Positions 1 to 6,617 of a stretch of DNA of 64,000 nucleotides are shown one piece after another (the stretch's first letter is position 1; each line of letters starts with the position of its first letter). The DNA is from a bacterium (Candidatus Blackallbacteria) CG13_big_fil_rev_8_21_14_2_50_49_14 (lineage in GTDB: Bacteria > Cyanobacteriota > Sericytochromatia > UBA7694): positions 5,434-69,433 of the forward strand of contig PFGG01000011.1 of NCBI GenBank assembly GCA_002783405.1, given 5' to 3'. Below the pieces are notes generated by a model. The model was given only the letters and a program-made list of their open reading frames with translations. It was not told the DNA's origin and made no database searches. A program made the position numbers and the translations under genes.

Positions 1-2
1 TC

Positions 3-605
3 GCCTCTGAAGACAGCGTCATGGCCACCCAGGATACCGTGGTCGATTTTACCCGTGAACTCACCCGCCTTTCGGCCCAACCCCTGAGCCCCCAACAGAT
101 TGGCGCACAAATGGTCGCTTTCGCCAAAGTTCGCAACGCTCAAACCGGTTATTCTACCCTGGCAGCGCTGGATATGCGTTTCATGGGCGAATTCAAATCC
201 AGCATGAACGTACTCAGCAATACCTTGATTCGTGCCATTCCCGCCAACCGCGCCCAAATTATAGCAGCCTATGATCAGGTGCCTGAACTGAAAAATTCTC
301 CCAATACTGGGCAACGTGATTTGATTACCTTTCTGAACAATTTGATCCGTCTGGTGCCCAATCCTGCGGTTCAGCAATCAGCCTTGGCCGTCAAACAAGT
401 TCTCAAGCAAAAATTGATGATCTCTGCCAAAGACAAAGAAGGCATTGGCGCCAATGGGCTTTCGATCTTCCTGCCCCCTTCAAAGGTTGGCCCCTCTCAA
501 ATGCCGCCTGATTTTGGCATGATCGCCAATACGGGTTATCTCAATACCCGTTTTGCCAAAGAAACCAGTTGGGATCATTTTATTGAAGCCTTGCTGAAAC
601 GCTAA
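3..605 (+). CDS. Probable C-terminal fragment of a clostripain-family (C11) cysteine peptidase paralog. The ORF is open to the window edge and the first Met is at position 21.
   Basis: The frame is open from position 3. The C-terminal stretch 'GLSIFLPPSKV...TRFAKETSWDHFIEAL' resembles the C-terminus of the C11 peptidase at 52675..54027 ('GVQVYFPTSTMS...VRFAETKGWGDFLKAY'). A factor-independent terminator follows. Confidence 0.35.
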   Translation, partial: ASEDSVMATQDTVVDFTRELTRLSAQPLSPQQIGAQMVAFAKVRNAQTGYSTLAALDMRFMGEFKSSMNVLSNTLIRAIPANRAQIIAAYDQVPELKNSPNTGQRDLITFLNNLIRLVPNPAVQQSALAVKQVLKQKLMISAKDKEGIGANGLSIFLPPSKVGPSQMPPDFGMIANTGYLNTRFAKETSWDHFIEALLKR

Positions 606-610
606 GCGAT

Positions 611-649
611 AAAAAAAGCCCCCAATTCAGGGGGCTTTTTCATTTTTTG
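611..649. terminator. Bidirectional rho-independent terminator between convergent genes
   Basis: An A7 run is followed by the stem AGCCCCC / GGGGGCT (617-623 / 630-636) with loop AATTCA, then T-runs. It works on both strands. Confidence 0.7.
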
Positions 650-2064
650 CTCCAAACAGCCGCTTGCTCTTCCAGCCGTTTTTCATGTTTTAATTTGTGA
701 AGATGCGCCAGCAGGGAACGGCGGGCCAGGGGCAGGAGCTGGGGAGCAAGACCTGCATAGACTTCGTTCAGAAGTGCCTCCTCTGTTTGCGCTCCTTTTT
801 CAAGACAGGCAAGAATCTGATTTTCGCGCATTTCCCGATGTGCCAGATACTCAGCACAGGTTTGTGAAGGTCTGTGAATCACAGGCCCATGCGAGGGAAT
901 CACGGCCTTCAAATTCAGGCTTTGCAAGCGGCGCAGAGAATCAAGATAGGCCTGCATATTGCCTTCAGGATGCTCAATCAGAATCGTACCAATCCCCGCC
1001 AGCATATCCCCCACATGGGCCAGATTCTGGCGCAAATCCAGCAAACAGAGATGCCCGGGATCGTGTCCTGGGGTATGAATTGCCTGCAAAATCCAAGGGA
1101 GGGCAGCATCTGAACTCAAATTCCAGACATGCCCCTCTTCAATCAATTGATCTATTTCAAACTGCTCTGCCAAGAGGCGAGCAGTTTCAGGATGCGCCAA
1201 GATCGGCAATTGCAACCTGTTTCGCAAGGCCACCGCTCCCCCCATATGGTCGATATGGTGGTGGGTCAGTACAATCGAGACGGGTTGGTGTCCTTGATCT
1301 ATGCGGGATTCAATCCGATTCAAAAGCAGGGCCTGTTCTTCAGGGTAGGGGGAAGCAGGATCGACAATCACAAATTGCTCTCGCCCGATCAGAGCGCAGT
1401 TGGTATGCGTCGCAGGGGGCAGCGTGGGCGTGCGCAGTGGAATCACCTCAAAACCAGGGAAGATCTCTAAATCTGCAAACAGGGTATCGCGGTCATTCGC
1501 CAAAGCGGAAAGGCGCTCAAGATCGCGTCCATGGCTGGCCAAGATCTCGACCAGGCTGCGCACAGGTGGAGGTACTAAAATCTGCCCTTTCTGCCATTTT
1601 TGCAAAAGCTCCGAAGGCTTCCACCAGGCAGCTTCTGACAGTTCAGCATTTAAAGCAAAGTCTTGTGCGCATGCAGCGACCGTCCCTAAAAAATAGCGGG
1701 TTTCAAAACGGCGGGGCGCAAAAGGGGGCATCACACGCCAGCCCAAATCCTGGAGAAGGGGAAGATCCAGGATACGCGGAAAAGGTTTGCCGTTTAAAAG
1801 ATCGTGTCGCAAATCCGCCAAAGCCTCAGCAGAACCCCCAAAGCCAGGCAAGAGTCCCGTTTCTTCAAGCAATTCACGCAAAGCGCAGAATTGGAAGGAA
1901 AGCAAATCTGATTCCGGCCCATCCAGGGCATCTAATTTTCCGCCGGGAAAAGTCCATTGGTCAGGAAAAAAACGCTGATCCGCAGCTCTGCGTACCAAAA
2001 ATACGCGCAGTTCAGGTTCTTGCGCCACCAGAATCAATGCTGCCGAGGGGATAAACTCAGGCAT
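640..2064 (-). CDS. NUDIX hydrolase (N-terminal) fused to an MBL-fold metallo-hydrolase (C-terminal)
   Basis: N-terminal Nudix box 'GGKLDALDGPESDLLSFQFCALRELLEETGL' (GX5EX7REUXEEXGU). C-terminal 'VLTHHHIDHMGGA' is an HxHxDH metallo-beta-lactamase motif. The 5' end overlaps the upstream kinase stop by 8 nt. Confidence 0.75.
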   Translation of the reverse strand: MPEFIPSAALILVAQEPELRVFLVRRAADQRFFPDQWTFPGGKLDALDGPESDLLSFQFCALRELLEETGLLPGFGGSAEALADLRHDLLNGKPFPRILDLPLLQDLGWRVMPPFAPRRFETRYFLGTVAACAQDFALNAELSEAAWWKPSELLQKWQKGQILVPPPVRSLVEILASHGRDLERLSALANDRDTLFADLEIFPGFEVIPLRTPTLPPATHTNCALIGREQFVIVDPASPYPEEQALLLNRIESRIDQGHQPVSIVLTHHHIDHMGGAVALRNRLQLPILAHPETARLLAEQFEIDQLIEEGHVWNLSSDAALPWILQAIHTPGHDPGHLCLLDLRQNLAHVGDMLAGIGTILIEHPEGNMQAYLDSLRRLQSLNLKAVIPSHGPVIHRPSQTCAEYLAHREMRENQILACLEKGAQTEEALLNEVYAGLAPQLLPLARRSLLAHLHKLKHEKRLEEQAAVWSKK

Positions 2065-4420
2065 CCACCTGCAGATTTGGCGCGATCAGATGCGCCACTC
2101 CAGACTCATTGAGATGAGCGACAAAGAGGTAAAACCCTTTGTTCCAGCCCATTTTGACAAAGCCACGCTCAGATTCGCCCATGCCCAGCAATCCGGGTTT
2201 AATGGTCTGGCGGTTAAATTGCGCCAGAACGGCCTCAGAAGCAGGCAGGTACGTCACCAGCATCGCCGCCTGAATATCATCCTGGGTGCGCTCGGTTTTA
2301 ATCCGGCGCACGTCCTCAATCATATTGTTCAGGCTTTCTTCACTGATCTCGTTTTCAAAACGAAACAGGGCTGTGAGCTGATCCTGGTTGTTATAGGCCA
2401 GAATATCAAAGGTCGCGCTGAAACTTCCCATTTTCACGGGCTGCAAAAATTTCAAGGATTTAAAGGTCCAAATCCAACTGAAACGCTTCTTGAGGTTGGC
2501 AAAAGCGCTGGAACGGGAAAGACCATACATATACTCATACATCAACCAATCCAAAACTTTGAAGTGATTGGTCTCTTTAAAGATATCTGAGTATTTGATA
2601 CTGCGGTTGCCAATTTCAAAGGTCGCATCTTTGGGCATAATCGTGGTGGTATCGGTATTGCGCAGGGCTTCTTCCATTACTTCTGAAGTCAGCTGTTTTT
2701 CCTTGGCACCTGCATATTGCGCCAAAATGGGACGGTTAATCGATTTGCTGACAATTTGCAATTGGGCCTCAACCAAAAGCTTGCGCAGACTGGGGCCAAT
2801 CAGATTGAAACGGGGCGCATAGATGCTCAGGTCAAAATATTCTCCATCATAGGAGCCCGAAGGATAAGGCATGGTAATTGAAAAGACCTGCTGTCCATCC
2901 AATAAGCCCGTCCACTTTAAAGTGCGTTTTTCAGTTACGCGAATCATGCCACTGAAACGCTTGGATTTCTGCAGTTCAATCGCCTTGGAAATATCTCCGC
3001 GCGAACACATGGGATTGTGTTCCATCAAAGTATTGGCACCCACCATGATCGCCAGAAGCACCAGCCAGGGCTCTTCCTTTTCTTGGGGCATGCACTGGGT
3101 CATTTCAAATTTCTGCCAGGAAGCCATATGCTGATAAGCCGCTGGCCCTGTCAATTCAGGCTTGTTGACCATTGCACCGACAATCAAACCTTTGTAAATC
3201 AAAAGAATGACGGAGTTGTTGATAATCAGCCCCTGGCTCTTGCCCTCATACTTATAAATGGCTTCAAGCATGGTATTGGTGCTCAGATTTTCAACATGCC
3301 AACCGCGCAAAACCCGCAAAGCGGCAGCGAAGGGAGTGGCTTCATCAATGCCTTCTACCAGGGTAAATTCTTTGCTGCGCACAGAAGCACTGCCACTGCT
3401 GGCACTGCTGATCGTGCCCATATTCAAAGTGCCTGTACTAATCGTAGCCCCCTGATCATGGGATGGTCCAGAACCGTATTGGGTGGGCGTATTGTCATCA
3501 TGGCGCACCACGTGCTCAATCCCACGGTTGGTAACACTTAAATCGATATTCGGAAGCGGCAAAGCATCCTGGCCTGTCGCTCCTGTCAGTTTATAAAGCG
3601 CCTGGCTCAAATCTGCAGCAAAATCCTTGGCCGTGTCATAACGCATTTCAACAGTTTTGGCCATGGCTTTAAAGATCATGCCATCCAATTCTGAAGGAAT
3701 CTGAGGATTCAGCTCACTGGGTCGGGGAGGCTCACTCTGCATGATTTTCATGACAATTTCGCCAATATTTGAGCCATTATAGGGCAGCTGCCCGGTTAAA
3801 ATCTCATAGGCAGTCACACCCAAAGAGTAAATATCGGCGCGTTTATCAACATCTTTGGGGTTCATCAGCTGTTCTGGCGAAATATACAATAAACTGCCCA
3901 AAATCGAACCCGCTTTGGTCAAATCAGACTGTGTAGATTCCAGACGGGCAATACCAAAATCGGTGAGTTTGGTCGTGCCGTTGTCCAAAATAACAATATT
4001 GGCTGGTTTAATATCCCGGTGGATAATCCCCTGATAGTGCGCAAAATCAAGCGCTTCGCAAACCTGAATCAGCGATTTGAGCGCCACTGGCACCGAAAGT
4101 GGAGAATGAATTTTCAACAATTGAGAGAGGTTTCGGCCTTGGAGAAACTCCATGACCATATAATAACGGCCCTCATACTCACCAAAATCGTAGATACTGA
4201 CGATATTGGGGTGATTCAGTTTTGCGCTGGCTTTGGCTTCTCGCTTAAACCGTTCAATCAACTCGTCTTTGGTCTGCTGGGTCATATTGGGGTCATTGGG
4301 CAACTCAATCACCTTAATGGCCACATGCCGATCGAGACGCGGGTCTACGGCGTCAAGCACCACCCCCATACCGCCCCGACCTAATTCACCGAGCACCTCA
4401 TACTGCGCTATCTTGTCCAC
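2057..4420 (-). CDS. Eukaryotic-like Ser/Thr protein kinase with a ~500-aa uncharacterised C-terminal domain
   Basis: 'LGRGGMGVV' glycine loop, 'VAIK', 'HRDIKPANIVI', 'DFGIA' and 'SPE' kinase subdomains in the N-terminal ~290 aa. The remainder has no recognisable motif. Confidence 0.85.
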   Translation of the reverse strand: MDKIAQYEVLGELGRGGMGVVLDAVDPRLDRHVAIKVIELPNDPNMTQQTKDELIERFKREAKASAKLNHPNIVSIYDFGEYEGRYYMVMEFLQGRNLSQLLKIHSPLSVPVALKSLIQVCEALDFAHYQGIIHRDIKPANIVILDNGTTKLTDFGIARLESTQSDLTKAGSILGSLLYISPEQLMNPKDVDKRADIYSLGVTAYEILTGQLPYNGSNIGEIVMKIMQSEPPRPSELNPQIPSELDGMIFKAMAKTVEMRYDTAKDFAADLSQALYKLTGATGQDALPLPNIDLSVTNRGIEHVVRHDDNTPTQYGSGPSHDQGATISTGTLNMGTISSASSGSASVRSKEFTLVEGIDEATPFAAALRVLRGWHVENLSTNTMLEAIYKYEGKSQGLIINNSVILLIYKGLIVGAMVNKPELTGPAAYQHMASWQKFEMTQCMPQEKEEPWLVLLAIMVGANTLMEHNPMCSRGDISKAIELQKSKRFSGMIRVTEKRTLKWTGLLDGQQVFSITMPYPSGSYDGEYFDLSIYAPRFNLIGPSLRKLLVEAQLQIVSKSINRPILAQYAGAKEKQLTSEVMEEALRNTDTTTIMPKDATFEIGNRSIKYSDIFKETNHFKVLDWLMYEYMYGLSRSSAFANLKKRFSWIWTFKSLKFLQPVKMGSFSATFDILAYNNQDQLTALFRFENEISEESLNNMIEDVRRIKTERTQDDIQAAMLVTYLPASEAVLAQFNRQTIKPGLLGMGESERGFVKMGWNKGFYLFVAHLNESGVAHLIAPNLQVDA

Positions 4421-4426
4421 GTCAGA

Positions 4427-6457
4427 TTACTTCCACTGAGTTTCTTGTGTGCCTTTGATCCATTTGGTTTCACGAACTTCGGTAGCCGCACCACCTTCGT
4501 CTTTCCAGCCGTGAACCTCATAGACAGAAACGGTTTCTTCTTTACCTTTGACCTTGGCGTTGCCGCAGTGACGGGCATTGACGCGATCTTTGACCAAATC
4601 AAAACAACTTTGACTGATCAGAATGCTGGAACCAAATTCTTTGTTCAGCCCTTCCAGACGAGAAGCGGTATTGACCGCATCACCGATGACAGTATAATCC
4701 ATCTTTTGTGGCGAACCAAAGTTCCCAACCAGGGCTTCTCCTGTATTCACCCCAATTCTGATCTGCAGCGGCACCATGCCTTCTGAAAGCCATTTTTCAC
4801 GCAGTTCAGCCAATTTACGTTGCATCTGAATCGCGGTATTCACTGCTTTATAGGCGTCTGTTTTGGGATTGCTGGGGCCCACATTGCCCCAAACCGACAT
4901 GACAGCATCCCCAATATACTTGTCGAGCGTGCCATCGTTGCTAAACACAATTTCACTCATGGCTGTCAGATATTCGTTCAGAATATGCTCGACCTCATCG
5001 GGCGGCAGACTTTCAGACATCGAGGTAAAGCCTGCTATATCTGAGAAAAGAATACTGACCATGCGCCGTTCACTTTTCAAACTGGGCATGGTTTGAGGAT
5101 CTTTGAGCAATTCTTCAACCAATTTAGGTGAAACATAGGATTTGAAAAATTTACGCACGCGCCTTTTTTCACGCTCTTCGATCAAATAGCGATAGGCATA
5201 GCTAACCGTATAGCTGCCCATCATTGCAATCATGGGAGCAAACCAGTCCATAAACAGGCGCTGGGAGTTAAACAGGAAGATATTCACCAGCGAATAACCC
5301 ACGAGCAAAACCAAAAGCAGCGCCAAGCCCCCTAAAGGCCCCAGGAAAGAAAGCCCAACCGCTGTGACCACAGCAAAGCCCAGCACAAGCAGAATATTGA
5401 CAGCCTTATTTGCAGGCTGATAGGCAATATCCTCACGCAGGGTATCAAAGAGGTTGGCGTGCACCTCAACCCCAGGCATCTTAGAAGAGCCAAGGGAAAC
5501 AAAAGGCGTATTTTTATTATCTTGAAGTGCTTCAGCAGAGGCCCCGATCAAGACAATTTTATTCTTAAAGAAATCTTGGGGAGTTTTGCCGACCAAGCTT
5601 TGGAAATAACCCTTGTCAAAACCCTTTTGTCCGTATTTATGCACAATATAATAGGAAAGGGTTTTAAAGCTTTGGGGAGGGCCGGCAAAATTAATCCAAA
5701 CAGGGTTTTCCCCATATTTATCCATGGCTGCGTCCGCTTTTTTGGGGTCCAATAAGCGCAGCATGCTCAAGGTAAAATGAGGCTCATACTTTTTCCGCAG
5801 CGTCATAGCAGTCGGTAAAAGTTGGTCTTTATCGAGATTCATCATGATCTGAGCCCGACGAATCTGACTGTCGACCATGCCCTCATCAACATTTGAAAAA
5901 CCAAAGATGGCACTGTCTTCAAAAATAGGCGGGCTGTAGGAGGCAGCTTCAGTGACATCGACGGCATCTTCACCTTTGCCTCCAGAAGTACCTGAACCAC
6001 TGATCCGCGAGGTCATGCCAAAATCAAATTTACTGACGACCACAATCTTATCGCGATGTTTGGCCAAAGTGGCTTTGAGAGCAGCGTCAGCTTCAGGAAA
6101 CTGCGATTCAGTTAAAAACATAATATCGAAAGCCACCAGCTTGGCCCCGAATGAAATGAGTTTCTCTGCAACCTGGGCATGCACATCCCGTCGCCAGGGA
6201 TAGGGTCCCACTTCTTCCAGAGAGGCCTCATCCATCGCCAGAATCACTACATCATCAGGAGCGGGTCGGGATCCTCTGAAATTTTCAAAGCGTGCATTAT
6301 AAAGCATCAGTTCGACTTGTTTAAAAGCCGACAGATTTTCATTTGCCGCTAAAAACAAGCCCCCGATCAAAAGCCCGATCCCCAGATTGATCAAAATTCT
6401 CTTCCAGAGCATAGACGCATCCTCGCTGGTTAGCCATTGTTCCCAGCATTGTAACAT
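4427..6457 (-). CDS. CHASE2 sensor-domain class III adenylate cyclase
   Basis: N-terminal TM segment, a large extracytoplasmic region with CHASE2-like features, three TM helices, then a cyclase domain 'FSDIAGFTSMSE...LDKYIGDAVMSVWG...MDYTVIGDAVNTASRLE'. The Lys/Asp specificity pair indicates ATP. It lies 6 nt upstream of the kinase gene. Confidence 0.8.
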   Translation of the reverse strand: MLQCWEQWLTSEDASMLWKRILINLGIGLLIGGLFLAANENLSAFKQVELMLYNARFENFRGSRPAPDDVVILAMDEASLEEVGPYPWRRDVHAQVAEKLISFGAKLVAFDIMFLTESQFPEADAALKATLAKHRDKIVVVSKFDFGMTSRISGSGTSGGKGEDAVDVTEAASYSPPIFEDSAIFGFSNVDEGMVDSQIRRAQIMMNLDKDQLLPTAMTLRKKYEPHFTLSMLRLLDPKKADAAMDKYGENPVWINFAGPPQSFKTLSYYIVHKYGQKGFDKGYFQSLVGKTPQDFFKNKIVLIGASAEALQDNKNTPFVSLGSSKMPGVEVHANLFDTLREDIAYQPANKAVNILLVLGFAVVTAVGLSFLGPLGGLALLLVLLVGYSLVNIFLFNSQRLFMDWFAPMIAMMGSYTVSYAYRYLIEEREKRRVRKFFKSYVSPKLVEELLKDPQTMPSLKSERRMVSILFSDIAGFTSMSESLPPDEVEHILNEYLTAMSEIVFSNDGTLDKYIGDAVMSVWGNVGPSNPKTDAYKAVNTAIQMQRKLAELREKWLSEGMVPLQIRIGVNTGEALVGNFGSPQKMDYTVIGDAVNTASRLEGLNKEFGSSILISQSCFDLVKDRVNARHCGNAKVKGKEETVSVYEVHGWKDEGGAATEVRETKWIKGTQETQWK

Positions 6458-6466
6458 ACCCCCCTC

Positions 6467-6483
6467 GGCTCACTTTGTGAGCC
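6467..6483 (-). promoter_or_regulatory. Perfect 7-bp inverted repeat (GGCTCAC-TTT-GTGAGCC) abutting the Shine-Dalgarno (GAGGGGGG) of the cyclase gene
   Basis: Read directly. In the mRNA the hairpin ends where the SD begins, so it could be a translational or operator element. Confidence 0.3.
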
Positions 6484-6617
6484 AGTTCATACCCAAGCAG
6501 GCAAACCCGCGAGATTGTGAACAATTATAAATTTTTTAGCAAAGTGTGATAAATTTTCATGAATTGTGGAATAACTTAAAATAGTGATTCAGTGTAAACT
6601 CTGGAGATATTGAAAAG

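Noticed and set aside
774-2054. 426-aa plus-strand ORF (and nested 79/113/98/63-aa ORFs) antisense to the NUDIX-MBL gene
   Set aside because: It is a low-complexity R/P/S/Q-rich translation with no RBS. It is fully embedded opposite a motif-supported gene, so it is an antisense artefact of GC-rich coding sequence.
4408-4602. 64-aa minus-strand ORF overlapping the 3' end of the cyclase gene and the kinase start
   Set aside because: It is in an alternate frame of the cyclase gene, basic and low-complexity, with no independent support.
6540-6580. Possible CRP/cAMP-receptor-protein site (TGTGATAAATTTTCATGAA) between the cyclase operon and the 977-aa gene
   Set aside because: The second half-site is TTCAT rather than TCACA. 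The match to TGTGA-N6-TCACA is too weak to call.
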